Source: the human T2T-CHM13v2.0 reference genome, Homo sapiens. Taken from it: a stretch of DNA of 64,000 nucleotides. How positions within the stretch are numbered: position 1 is the stretch's first letter; the number at the start of each line of letters is the position of its first letter. A model generated the notes under the pieces. It did no database searches, was not told the DNA's origin, and saw nothing but the letters and a program-made list of their open reading frames with translations. Below are positions 40,380 to 53,870 of this stretch, piece by piece. The stretch is from NCBI RefSeq assembly GCF_009914755.1, contig NC_060930.1, one strand, 5' to 3'. The position numbers and the translations under genes are program-made.

Positions 40380-43300
40380 ATGATTGAGTTATCTGCTCTT
40401 CCTCTGCTTTGCTCCCTCTATTACGGTGTAGCCCTCTAGGGTTTCCAATGGAGTTAATGAGGTCTTTATCAGGGTGCCTCTCTTTGATGGGCCTTGAACT
40501 CCAAGTTTTGTCTTCTTGGCACTATAAAATGCAGAAAATATCCATTCGATTACCGGGAGTTTTGCCTAGCTTTTTATCTTTTATCCTGTGCAGTTCAAGA
40601 ATAAGGCAATTGCCCTAAGGTAAAAGCCAATATAATGTTAAGTTTCTTTTTCTGTGCCACATTTCTGAAAAGAATATAACTGCTTGACCACCCCTCTTTT
40701 CTCCAAGTTCCAACTGTTGTTGTATCCATAGTTTTTATTTTCCTTTTCCTCCAGCTCTATAAAATTGATAAAATGCCTGCTAATTTCTCAGCATGTATTA
40801 GTGGTGGTTCCTAGTGGGACTATCTTTAAAGACATATAACAAGAATAAGTAAGTGGCCTGAGGGAAGAAGAACCTGCAGAATTTGCACACTTCCCTGTAC
40901 CCTTTCTCCTCAGGATATTGACTCCTTGAGTGCTGTTTCCTTTGGGACCTCTCTATTATTTTCTAATAATTTTGTTGTGGTGGTGATGGCTCTTTGTTTT
41001 TTTGCATTTTATCTAGCTATTCCAGTGTTTCTCAGCGGTAGATTTGACTATTACAATTACTTTATCATTGCCCTGTAGATAATTTTACTATCATTTAAGT
41101 GAACTTTTTATTAAAGCATAACATCCAAATAGAAAATTCCAAAAATACAGCCAGATAGACCCACGTATTTTTTAAAGTGAACATACCCTTGTACTAAGAA
41201 CCCAGATTTTCAAAAACATAATAATATACTAACACCCGTGTCCCTGCTCAAATAACTCTCTACAACCACCCAAGGGTATCTATTCTAACTTCTAGCACCC
41301 TAAATTCATTTTCATTGTTGTTGACCATCATAAATAAGAAACATCCATGAACTTTTCTTTTGTGATAGTCTCACTTTGCTTAACATTGTTTTTCAGACAC
41401 TTGTGGTATTTTTGACAATGTTGACATCCCTTATTTTGTTAAGGTGGTGAATTGATTGATTTACCAGTTATACCACCTCTGCATTCCTAGAATAACACTT
41501 GGTTATTATATTTGGCCATAATATGTTATCTAGTAGTGATTTTCTGATATTGTTTTAATAATTTTGTATCTATGATAATGAGCATTTTTTGTATTCATGC
41601 TTAATGTAACATTTCATATTTCAAATTTCAATTTTTTAGTTTATGTATACATTTTACTACGTGTTTTCTATTTGAACTGCCTCTATTATATTCTTTTCAT
41701 TAGTTCTTTCTTTCCTTTTTCATGAGTCATGTATACTTATTGCATTTTCTCCTTTATTAAAGTTTAGTTTTACATTATTTTCCTACTTGTTTAATGACTA
41801 CCATAGGATTTACAACGCATATCTGTGTGGTTTATTATCATTTGAAAAAATGAACACCTTTTTTTCTCTCCCCCAATAATAGGGACTTTAAAACAATTTA
41901 TTATCATCCATGTACCTCACTATTGCCTTTTGTTTTATTGTTTTGTGCATTTTAATTCTATGTATGTATGAAATACCACAAGAAAATAGTATTATAATTT
42001 TCTCTCTCTCATACACACACTCCCACATGCTCACCAGTTCTCCTGCTCTTTATAGCTTCTTTCTTTTCCTTGTTTCCATCTGAAATTATTCTCAACCTAC
42101 TGAAAGAATACTATTTGATCTTTTTTAAGGCACATCTAGTGGTGATGAATTCTTCCAGGTTTTATTTGTTTGAAAATATTTTTATTTTCTAAGTTGGTAA
42201 TAATTTTTCAGCATATGTCTTGATTCTGTTGAGATGCTGTTATCTGTATATTTCAACTTTTGTAGTTCTATTGAGTATAATGTAGCTTTATTCTTTAGAC
42301 ACTTTTAAGATTTTCTCTGGTGTTGAGGTTCAGCCATTTTACTGAAGTAACTAGGTTTGGTTTCTTTTGTGTGTTTTTTTTTCCTTAGGGTTTTCAGAGC
42401 ATCTTGAATATATGTGCTATTATTTTTCATCAACTCTTTCCATTGAATTCTCTTCCTTCTTTTTTCTTTTGCTCTTCTAAAACTCCATCTGAATATGAAA
42501 TCTTTTTACCATGTCCCTTATGACCCTTGTTCTTTTATATAATTTTCATTTTCTTCTCTATGCTTTAGTTCACATATTTTCTCTTGGCTTATTTATATTG
42601 TTCACCAATCCTGTTTCCTATGATTTCAAATCTCTTATTATGCACATTGGTTTTTTATTTCTGTTATTGAATTTTGAAGTCTAGATTTCCCATTTGATTC
42701 TTTTTTTTTCAGTTATAATTTTTAGGTAAAAATTCTTTATCTTTTAATATATTCTTTCATCTTTTATTAAAATCTAAATCATAATTATTTTAAAGTCCTG
42801 TGAACATACTCCAATAACTGAATCACATGTAGGTTGTCTTCTACTTTCTATTTTCTTGGTGTTTTCAGTTATATTTTCCTATCTTTTGACAAGTATGTTT
42901 GTTGATTGAATCATGGGCATTGCGTGTAAAGATTTTAGGTGTTCTTGATGATATGTCCTTCCTTCAAATAAAATTTGCCTTTTCCTCTGGTAGGAATATA
43001 AAATGGGTGTCATTAATCTGATCAGAAACTTAGCTGAGTCAAATTGTTTTTGCAGATTTACTATTACTCCATCTACCTCTGGTTTCCTCCCATTTTAAAA
43101 CAAAATACCCAAGTGTGTAATTGAGAGACCAGTTCTCATGGGCATTCATCCTATTGGTATGACTTGAACTAAAATTCTTTTCTGTTTAACACATCAAAAC
43201 AGTAAAATCTCAACTGTACTCATGTAACTTTTCTTCTTAGCTTTTTTCTTCCTTACTTATGCAGCTTCTGAATCCTTCATACATCTCCATTAAAAAACCT

Positions 43301-43900
43301 GTTTCATTCAAACTCAGTTCTCTGGCCATTGCTTCTTGTTAAGACCTGATGTCTTAAGTCTCTAGTTTTGTTCCTCAACTCCTGAAAAACCACAAAAGCT
43401 CTTCTGATTTCTCTGTCCTCAGCAGTGTTCCTCTGTCCAGGAAATACTAAGGTTTTCAGCCTCTTGTCTTGCATCTAGTAGGAGAAAATACCAAAGGGAA
43501 AATGCAACTGCCCTATGTCAGCTCATTTCTTCCCAGCTCTTCCTTCTCTAGAATGTGACTCTTTTATTCCCGATTGCTTCATTAGTTATCTGATAACTTC
43601 AGACAAATGTTTATTACTATTATTGTTGTTGTTGTTGTTTAACATACTTTGTCTAGTTCTTAGATGGAACATTGGTCTTTTGCAGGCTACTTCATCATAC
43701 CTGAAGGTGGATATCTAACTTCATATTTTGTAGGGTAACTATGATGGGTGTAAAATTATAAGCTTTTATAAGGGTATAAAATTATAGCTTTATAAGCTAT
43801 TTTCTTTAAACACTTTAAAGATAACATTCCAATTTCTGCAGGAACCCATTGTTTCTGTGGAAAATCATCTGTAATTCTAATTTTTACTTGCTAAATTTGA
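40380..43900 (-). mobile_element. Cluster of highly degraded L1ME/HAL1-like fragments
   Basis: T-rich, collinear old-L1 motifs (gtggtgatgaattcttccaggttttatttgtttgaaaat; aacactttaaagataacattcca). Confidence 0.55.
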
Positions 43901-44518
43901 AGGTAACCATTCTTTATTTCTTTGCTTTCTTTCAAAGCAGTTCACCAAAGTGAAACCAAATAATCTCTTCTTATATCAAATTGACTATAACTATAGGCAC
44001 ACAGTCACACTAATCTGTAGATGAGGATAACACGTAGTTTTTAAGATAGTTTTATTGCATTTCTCTTCTTTATTCTACACAGTGAGAATGGATTTTAATA
44101 TATAAAGATTTATTTCTTATTCAAAATATCATTAAATAAATAAATGCTTATAAAGTTGAGAGGGGAAAAGAGAAAATTAAAGAAATATATTAATTTTTTG
44201 AGGTGAATACTATAACATACCATATGTTTATATAAAAAAGTTGTTAAATGAATTATTTTAAAAATAAAATTCCACAATATTAAGTGATTTTTCAACAGAG
44301 AAATAATCCATAGCATGAATGCATCTATAGTATGCAATATATACATATACATATATATTTACAATTTTACTACTATATGGTAAAAATGAAGATTGAGGAA
44401 GCAGAGAGAAGAATTATGAGAATCTGATTTTTTTTTTCTGTGCATATATCAGCACTGTGACAGTGGAGATCAAGTGCAGTAGATGGGACTGAAATATATT
44501 GGGAGGTTTTATCTGCAG

Positions 44519-44792
44519 CAATGCTTTTCAAAATATCTGTGATGCGGGACCATTTTAAAAAAATCATCAATCATTTAAGGCAGTATTTTTTAAGATAAAA
44601 GTAAATTACTAAGAAAGGAAATGACAAAGAAAGCAAAAAATATAATCTCATTTGTTATTATTAGGTTCAACTGACATAAAATCATTTTGTTAAATGCTAT
44701 AGACATTTTTAAATATTTGCTCTGTATTTCTCTTCTTTTCTCAACCAAAATTGCTACCAAATATTTTGTGGACCACACATTTAGTAGTGCTG
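44519..44792. mobile_element. hAT-Charlie MITE
   Basis: Ends caatgcttttcaaa / ggaccacacatttagtagtgctg; 8-bp flanks atctgcag / atctagag fit the NTCTAGAN Charlie target. Confidence 0.65.
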
Positions 44793-45208
44793 ATCTAGAG
44801 TATGTGAAGAATGAAATAGGAAAGGACATATTACTTTTAGGCTGTTACTTTTGTACTAATATTAACACAATTCTATGTTAGTACTTCTATAGTATTGGTA
44901 TTGGCTTTATAGCTTGAACAACTGAATGAGTGTTTTAAGCATTTATTAATATTGATAAGGCTTCAAAATAATTATTTTGACAAGCAACAAATTCAGTTTA
45001 GTATGTAGCACATTAGGTTTGAAATGCTCTTGAGCATTCAAGATTAATATTTTATGTAGACACTTACCTTGTAAATCTCTCCCAGTTTCTTTGAAACTGA
45101 GATTATGTGGGATTTTATTTCTTCTTTTAATAATTTTGAATAGTATACGTTTAAAGTCATTGTATAACTGAAAATATTATTGTGTATTTCTCCTGCTTGA
45201 AAGTGAAC

Positions 45209-46681
45209 CTTTTTTAATTTCTAATTTCAATTTTTGTTGGTACATAGTAGGTGTATATGTTTGTGAAGTACATGAGATATTTTGATACAGGTGTACAAGA
45301 TGAAATAAGCACAACATAGAGAATGGAGTAGCCATTCCCTCAAGCACTTATCCTTCGAATTACAAACAATCCAATTATACTTATTTAGTTATTTAAAAAT
45401 ATACAATTAAATTATTATTGACTATAGTCACCCTGTTGTGCTATCAAATAGTAGGTCTTATTCCTTTTTTCTAAATATATGTTGTACCCATTAACCATTC
45501 CCACCTCCTCCCACCCCGCAACTACCCTTCCTAGCCTCTCTGTCTCCATGAGTCTGATTGTTTTAAAATTTAAATCCCACAAATATGTGAGAACATGTGA
45601 TATTTGTCTTTCTATGCCTGGCTTATTTCACTTAGCATAATTACCTTCAGTTTCATCCATGTTGTTGCAAATGACAGGGTCTCATTCTTTTTTAATGTCT
45701 GAATAGTACTCCATTGTGTATATGTACTACATTTTCCTTTTCCATTCATCTGTTGATGGACATTTAGGTAGCTTTCAAATTTTGGCTGTTGTGAACAGTG
45801 CTGCAACAAACATGGGAAAGAAGGTATCTCTTTGATATACTAAGTTTCTTTTGTTTGGGTATATAACCATCAGAGGGATTGCTGGATGATATAGTAGCTC
45901 AATTTTTATTTTTTTGAGGAATCTCCAAACCGTTTTCTATAGTGATTTTACTAATATACATTCCCACCAATACTGTACAAGGGTTCTCTTTTCTCCACAT
46001 CCTCTCCAGCTATTATGAGTGGGGTTACTATTTAAATTTCTTTTTCAGATTGTTAACTGTTGGCATATAGAAAGGCTACTTATTTTTGTATGTTGACTTT
46101 GTATCCTGCAACTTTACTGAATTTGTTTATCAGTTCCCATAGTTTTCTGGTGGAGTCTTTAGGTTTTTTCAAATATAAGAACATATCGTCTGCAAACAAG
46201 GAGAGTTTAACTTCTTCCTTTTCACTTTGGATGTCCTTATTTCTTACTCTTGTCCTTTTGCTCTCACTAGGACTTCCAGTACTATGTTGAATAACAGTGC
46301 TGAAAGTGTGAATCCTTGTGGTATTCCAAATCTTAGAGGAAAGTCTTTAAGATTTTTCCCATTCGGTATGATACTAGCTGTGGGTTGTCATATATGGCTT
46401 TTATAATGTTGAGGTATGTTCCTTCTATTCCCGGTTTTTTGACCATTTTTTTTTTTCATGAAGGGATGTTGAATTTTATCAATGCTTTTTCAGCATCAAT
46501 TGAAATGATAGTAATGTTTTTGTCTTTCATTCATTTCATTCTGTTAATATGATGTATCATATTCTGTTAATATGATGTATCATATTCTGTTAATATGATG
46601 TATCACACTGATTGATTTGTATATGTTGGGCCATCCTTGCCTCCCAGGGATAAATCCAATTTGGTCGTGATGAATGATCTT
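45209..46681 (-). mobile_element. L1MA1/2-like, 5'-truncated, with an internal ORF2 deletion at about 46010
   Basis: 3'UTR ggtacatagtaggtgtatat...ttacaaacaatccaattatac; ORF2 motifs on both sides of the join. Confidence 0.88.
46538..46606. repeat. 23-bp tandem repeat x3 (attctgttaatatgatgtatcat)
   Basis: Three copies, identical except the last base of the third. Confidence 0.97.
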
Positions 46682-46770
46682 TTTTTAAATATATATATAA
46701 CTTTTATTTTAGGTTTGGGGGTACACATGCAGGTTTGTTTTATAGGTAAACTGTGTGTCACGAGGGTTTG
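46682..46770 (-). mobile_element. About 90-bp L1PA15/16-like 3' end
   Basis: aacttttattttaggtttgggggtacacatgcaggtttg; TSD tgatctt at 46675-46681 and 46771-46777. Confidence 0.8.
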
Positions 46771-47499
46771 TGATCTTGTTTTGTCAAAAGTTAGGTTAAA
46801 ATTAATTGTGTTTTCAAGCTCTTGCTCATTTTCTTTTAAAATCCAGTATGGTCATTTCAGCACCAAATTTATACTTGTTTCTTTGTAAACATAGTCTTTA
46901 GTTTTCTACATATCTCTTAAAGATTTTGTAACTTTTAAATTTTCTTTTGCTTTTCTAAAGCTTTATGAGAATGTGGATAAGTATTCCTGTTTACTAAAAT
47001 TTATTCTGCATAGCAATCGGAGAGCACTTACAATTTATTCAGTTTTAGAAAATGTTCTTTATTTCTGTGGTTATTTTCCCCACCAAACTCCAAACTCTCT
47101 GCTTACTCTTTTTGAGAAAGTATTGGAAATATTGAATTTTATTTCATGTACTTGAATCTTTATTCATCTTGATACCTTTAAGATAGAAATGAATCTCTTT
47201 TTTTGATCTTCTGGCTCCATAATTGGCTCTTCATCAATATTCACTCAGCAAATCAATCCCTACATTGCTTTTACTTATATCTCAGTAATCAAAAGTTGTC
47301 TTTAAAAATATATCTGTTTAGTTATATTTTATGCATGCACATTTTTCTGCATTTTCTCTCAGGATAATGACTGTATTTGTTCTAATGGTGGGATGTTAAT
47401 TCTTGTTGAATTTGTTGCCTCACTGTCTTGGTAATTTTAGTTTTCTCATCACCTTTTATTTGAGAAAACCCATTTGGCCTTTTTAAAAATAAATATATA

Positions 47500-48850
47500 G
47501 CCTACCTTAATGAATAACAACCAGCCATCTTGCTTCTCCTACTCCATTGTAAATTTTACTTCTTTGATTTGTTGATAAGTATTACTGTTAAACTCAAGTA
47601 TGTTGGGAGAATAAGAGGATATACTAATCTAAGTGTTGTCAATTTAATACTAAATTAATTATCCAGGTAAATGTCAAAGGAATTCCAACTACTTGTATCA
47701 GTAATGCTATGATTCAACACTATATTCTTTTCTGTACAATACACACTTAGTCTTTGTAGTGCAAATAAACTTATTGTCCATCATTAGTTTTTTTTTTTGT
47801 ATTTTTGTTGATTTTTCTCTAATCATTTTTGTTGTCTGAAGCTTGTCTTCTAGCGCATTCTTCAAAAAATATTCATGGGAACAACATTTCCTACTTTCTT
47901 TCATATTGATAACACTTCATCTGTGACCTTTACTTTCGAAGATCTGTTGGTAAATCTAATATCTTTAGTTCATATTTTCTTTACATGGATGTCTTAGATA
48001 TTTCACTACACATTCCACTAGCCTAAATAATTGAAGTTTCAAAGTCTGATGATGTGTTTTGCTGTCCCATACTATGTCCTTTGAGTTGGTATTTTTTTTT
48101 TTGCTTGACTCAAGATCTTTTATTTAATGTCTATTAATTTTGTGAGAATATGTTTCAGTGTAGATAATCCAGTTAATTTTCTAAAGGAACATGATATTTC
48201 CTTCCAATAAGTCATTTTAATTATTTCTGCTTAATTAAGAATGTTTCCTAGAACTCTAATTTTTAGTAGCTTTTCCTCTACTCTTGCTTTGATTTTCTTC
48301 ATTAAAGACCCCTATTAAGTACATGATGGATCTTCTTTGTCATCTGAATGCTTCACTTTTCCTTTGTATGTCTTTCTGAAATTATTTTCTTCCTTTTTTT
48401 TAAAGGGGTTATTAAGGTATAATCACATAGAAGAACAAATATATCATAGATGTAAAACTAGATAAATTGTCATGATCTGAACATACCTATGTATCTCACA
48501 CACAGGTCAAAAAATAGAACGCTAACACTACCATAGAAGTCGTTTCCTACCTTTTTTACATCTCTGTTGCCCCAGAGAGCTAACTGCTGTCATGACTGAT
48601 AACAACTTGGTTGTGTCTCTTCTGAGTTTTTCATAAATAGAATCTCTACATAGACACCGAGGCCATTTTCTTTTTTTTTTAAGTGTTTTATGACGTAAAA
48701 TTTTAAATTATATCCTGGCATGTCAGCACCTTCAGGATCTTTACTATTTATATCATTACCAAAACTATGCTTTTTTTCTCTATCTTGTTTGTTCTCCACT
48801 TGAAGTTTTATTTGTGTTGAGGTCCACTATAAAAAATACCCTGAATGTAT
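47500..48850 (-). mobile_element. Old L1ME fragments
   Basis: T-rich degraded ORF1-region and 3'UTR motifs (ggtcaaaaaatagaac). Confidence 0.5.
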
Positions 48851-49577
48851 GTTTTTAAATAGATTGTAAAATAATCGATACAATTTGTATTATTTGAATT
48901 AGTTTAGTTGTTTCAAATTGTAAGTATAATGAAGGGGATTTTTTTCTGATATGAAATAAAATTAACTTATTCTTCCTAACAATACCTCTTATGATATAGA
49001 GTTTGTTGTATGTATGAGTTTGAAATCTCAGATAAAACTAAATATGATCTCATTGTAGTTGAATAATGAAACTTGTTTTTGGAAGATGTAATTAATGAAA
49101 CCATTATTAACATAATGTTATAAATTGATATTAGATAAAATATCAATTTATAACATCAACTAAGAAACCTGTTTATGTTTAACACCAAACAACAATTACC
49201 ATAAAACCTGTGGAAATTTTTTTCACTTCTTTTTGATAAGATTTAATATAATAATTTTCTCTTACCTTATGAGTTATGACATGTGAAAATATTTTATGAA
49301 TGGCAAATATTTATACAAATATTAATTATTATGGCTACATTTAAACTATAATGAATTATGAATTGATTTTATATAGGTAAGCTAAATAAAATTAGCTGAT
49401 GTGTATTTCTAAGTGAAAATTTTCCTTACTGGAAAATTAAATTTTCAAGTATAATTTCCCTATATGTAACACATTCAATACAAATTAGCGTATGTTTAAG
49501 GAGTTGTCTAATAAAAATTCAGTTTTTATTCCTTCACAGCTAATGAGGACTGCAAGCCTGAGTAATAAGTTGACAAT

Positions 49578-49910
49578 GTATGTTCATTCAACAAACATTT
49601 TTGGACAGTTTCCCCATTACAAGAATTATTTTAGAAATTCAAACAGAAAAAAGACATATATTGCAATTTAGTTTTGGAAGGATATATATGGACATGGTAG
49701 GAACAGTAATGACCATGCTACTATGAGCATTTCATTAGGCTAGGATTCTTATATCATTTAATTCTTGCAATCATCTATGATGAAAAGTTTAAGTATTTTA
49801 TTGGTGAAGAAACTGATGCTCAGACAGTTTTTTGACTAACCCAAAGTTTGACATACAGTAAGCACAAACTGAAGTTGGAATTTGTGCTTTTCTTTTTTTA
49901 ATCCTTGAGT
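49578..49910 (-). mobile_element. L2 3' end followed by MIR
   Basis: ttcattcaacaaacattt; atttaattcttgcaatcatctatga...gaagaaactgatgctcaga. Confidence 0.6.
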
Positions 49911-51467
49911 TCTTTATATCACATCCCACATTTGTTGGCAGATAAATTTTAGTGTACTTATGTGAGAGTGTTTTCTAAATATATAATTAATTACAAGTTG
50001 GGAGTTGTTTTTTTTTAAGTTCCAAGGTTAACTGATAACCTTTAAGAACCACCATGCATTGGGACTCAGAGAAAATGTTAGTCTGTCTGCATTTTCATAG
50101 AATTAGTATGGTTAATAAATCCTGGCAAATCATTCATAAGTGATTAAGTTACAATGCAGTATTTGACAGCATTATGATTTTGTTTTTAGTTACCTATTTC
50201 CATTCTGTATTAAAATGTGCTAGTGCATTTTTAAAGAACAATACATTTTCCTATTTCTGCTTATACATGAGCATTTTATAGCCAAATCAAATAACTCCAA
50301 TTATTTCTAATGGCAATGTTAGGACTTAAATGATGAGAATCATTTGTTAGATTAAAGTGAATTTACTTCAGATTCCAATTATTTCTAGTGGTCGTAAATC
50401 TTTCAGTTTACCTTAAGGGCTCAAGAAACTCCTTCAATGTTTTTGTAAAGGAAAATTGTGCCTTAATGGGAAATGTTATTCTAGATGGGATCCTGCAGCA
50501 ATCATGATGTGCTATCATTACAGAGATTGATTCTGCTGGAAAGATATAATTCCTAAAGTATCTTTGATGTAACCTTATGTTCCACGTTACAAAAGGAGAT
50601 AAATTAGCCTTTCTAAGCCGTGACAAATATATGATCATCTGAAATCCAAGATTAAGTCTAAATAGGTTAAAAACAGAAAATACTAGCACATTAAGATCTC
50701 TTCTTACAGTTTAAAATTGTGGCAGAGTGTCCAAACATATGGATACTTCTTGGTCCATTATCAGAGTCAAAACTATGAAATAGGAGGCCTCCAGATATTA
50801 TCTTATTAATTTGCCTTTTTGTAGGGGAATTATTTTATTTTTCAGATATCTTAATTTTTTAGAACCAAAGCCCACATTTTTAAAGAAAAATATATAACTA
50901 TGTTTCTCAAGAGTAATGTATGGATGCCATTTAAATAAAAGCTACTCTATTCTGAGAGTTTTTAAATTATTTTTATTGTAATATTTTTAAATTTATAAAA
51001 ACATAGGCTGTAAATTCTTACAGCTATAAACTATACAACCAAAGGCAAATTTGTAAATTGAATACAAGAAAAACAAAAAACCATTCTAATCAAAAGGATT
51101 AATTTTATGTAATGCCATTTGCTGAAATTGCATTGTTGCTCAGTGTTCCTTAGGTACCAATGCTATTGCACAGGTCCTTGTGAGCTTAACATGTCTATAT
51201 TACCTCACAAGATCTGAAAAGTGAATTATTCTACCATTTTCCCCTAGTTGAACTACTGTAAGACATTTACTTATACATTGCGTTCTGATATAATTTGGTC
51301 TTTACATAGCAGTGATGAATATGGTATACACATAATTCTGTTTTTATTTCTATTATTTTACTACAATTAAAGTCATCATTTGGCACCAAAAAATATAAGC
51401 AAAAACATATTAGTAGGCATTGAAACTGAATAGCAAGTAATGAGTATTATCCAAATTGTTTTAAAAT

Positions 51468-51625
51468 TATTTATTTACTTATATTTAATTCACAATAATT
51501 GTATATATTTGTGGGCATGATGTTATGTTTTGTTCTACATACATTGTAGAAAGAGTCAATCAAACTAATATATCTATCACCTCACCAACATTATTTCTTT
51601 GTGGTGAAAATGTTAAAAATACAAA
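51468..51625 (-). mobile_element. L1MA 3' end fragment
   Basis: cacaataattgtatatatttgtggg...tatctatcacctca...ttgtggtgaaaatgttaaaa. Confidence 0.7.
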
Positions 51626-52354
51626 TATTTTAAAATTAAATTTGGCTTTTCTAGTAGTTTATTGTTATTATAATAATAAAACAAACAAACAATAAAACCA
51701 AGAGATGCTGACCTAGGTTAACAGGCATGGAAGAGTAGAGATGACATATCAAACAACTTATCAGCCTAAGGGAACTAGTGTATTTCAAATGAATTTAAGA
51801 GACATGACCCTCTAATCATCTTGGCAATATATCTCTGGTCCTCCATGATTAATTCTGAGGTTCCTTCTAGATTAATTAATATCTTAATTTTCAGAATATT
51901 TCTGTACTCTTTAAGCTGCAAACATCAGGCACATCAACTGTGTATATGCTATCCTTGAAATTTATACTCTAAAAAGCAATTCCAGGTATCAATACAATGG
52001 GGGAATTTAATTGTCCTTCCTAGGTGGGTTATTTTAATTTCCACAAAATGTATTCTTTATCTGTACATTTTGGAAGCTATATGTATTACAAATATCTTCT
52101 ATCAGTTCATGATTCTTTGTCAATTTCTTTGTGGTATCTTTTGAAAAATATACTTTTAAATTTAAAATTATTTAAATTTAAATTTTTCATTTACAAAATT
52201 TTAGTCAATTTGACCAATTGTGTGTGTGTGTCCTATTTAATATATCCTTCCCTACTTCCTGTTCAAAAATTTTTTTTACATTTATGACAGATTAAAGATT
52301 TATTTTCACATTAAGTTCTTAATCCATTTGTAAATAATTTTTATTTGAGGAATC

Positions 52355-52749
52355 TGTTATGGGCTGAATTGTTGCCCCACAAAATTTATATGTTGAAACC
52401 TTAACCCCCATTACCTCAGAATATGATTATCTTTGGAGATAAGGTTTTCAAAGAGGTAATTAATTTAAGATCATTAGGGTGGGTCCTAATCCAATATGAC
52501 CAGTGACCTTAAAAAAAGAGGACATTCAGATAGAAACATCAGGGATGAGCACACACAAGGGAAAGACCATGCCAGGACACTGTGAGAAGGTGACCACCTG
52601 CTAGCTAAGGGGAGGGGTTTCAAAAGAAACCAAACCTGCTGACACCTCAGTTTGGTCTTTTAGCTTTCCAAGTTCTGAAAAATAAATTTCTGCTGTTTAA
52701 GCCTCACAGTCTGTGGTATTTCATTAAGCAGCTATGGCAAACTAATAGA
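52355..52749 (+). mobile_element. MLT1A/B solo LTR
   Basis: tgttatgggctgaatt...cctaatccaatatgac...gaaaccaaacctgctgacacct...gcaaactaataga. Confidence 0.9.
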
Positions 52750-53029
52750 CTATCACATTTTGTTTTCCACAAATGCAAGCAACCATTACAGGGGCATTTT
52801 TTAGTCTCTTCTCTTCCCACTGCTCTGCAGTACAACTTCTGTTCATGTATCAAGTTTGCATTTACGCGTGGATCTTTTTTTTAGGATCTCTATTCCATTT
52901 GATTACTCAGTCTGGCCCATTCTACACTATTGTATCTACTGCAGCTTGAAAATATAACTTGATAGAGCAAATACACTTACATATCATTACCTTAATCACC
53001 ATGATTCCTTTTAAATTTAATATTTTTTT

Positions 53030-53870
53030 GAATTCATAGCCCAAGGTCTTATTAAGGCAAGGAAAACAACAGACTCTCAAGAACTACAAATAGTGAAGTG
53101 CCAAGAATGAACAAATAAATTTGAGAAGAAAAGTTAAAGTAATTGAAATGTTAGAAATGAAAACTATAATGGATTAAATTATTTAAAAAACCTCATTGGG
53201 TGGCTTAAACAATGAAAATACAGGTGAATGGACAATGTGGTAAGCTGTTAGATGTATCTAAAGTAATTCAACATGCCACACAGAAAGATGGAAAAATTTA
53301 TATGAAAGAAATGGTAAGAGCTACATGAGAGAATATTAAAGTTTAACAGGTGTCATAGAATCACAGACAGAGAAACAGAAAATGGGTGCCTAATATTTGA
53401 AAGAAAATTGCTACAAGTTTTTCGTAGATAAGATATAAATTCACAGGTCCAGGATTTGTTAGATATCACTAGAAGCACTAAGAAAAATCAATCTGAGCCC
53501 AAACATGTTAGAGTATAAATATAGAACACAAAGGTAGAAAGAAAATGAAAATCTTTTATGCAGTCAGAAGAAAGGAAAAAAAAAAGAATGACAATTAGAC
53601 AATAATAGAATTCTCAATTGCAGCAATAGAGGGCAGAAGAAAAATCTTCAAATTGTTGAGAAAAAAGTTATTAACAATCTACCTTTAGATTCCTACATAT
53701 AGTACCTTTCAAGGAAAATTATGAATAAAACTGTCACCAAAATGGCCAGCACAAAGGTAATCCTTTAGGATACATTTCAAAAAGAAGAAAAATAATCTGA
53801 GATTAAAGCTCTGTGTTACCAGAAAGAATGATCAGCAAATCATATGATAAATGGGTATGTGAGCAGCTGA
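53030..53870 (+). mobile_element. Old L1ME/HAL1 ORF1 remnant
   Basis: A-rich with ORF1-like motifs (aaaatcttcaaattgttgag, acctttcaagg). Confidence 0.5.

Noticed and set aside
43746-43795. Roughly 25-bp imperfect tandem duplication
   Set aside because: Ordinary slippage in AT-rich old L1; no further structure
46538-46606. CRISPR-like repeats
   Set aside because: Head-to-tail copies with no spacers, in eukaryotic L1 sequence
50408-50689. Minus-strand 93-aa ORF or exon candidate
   Set aside because: Weak splice signals and no recognisable homology
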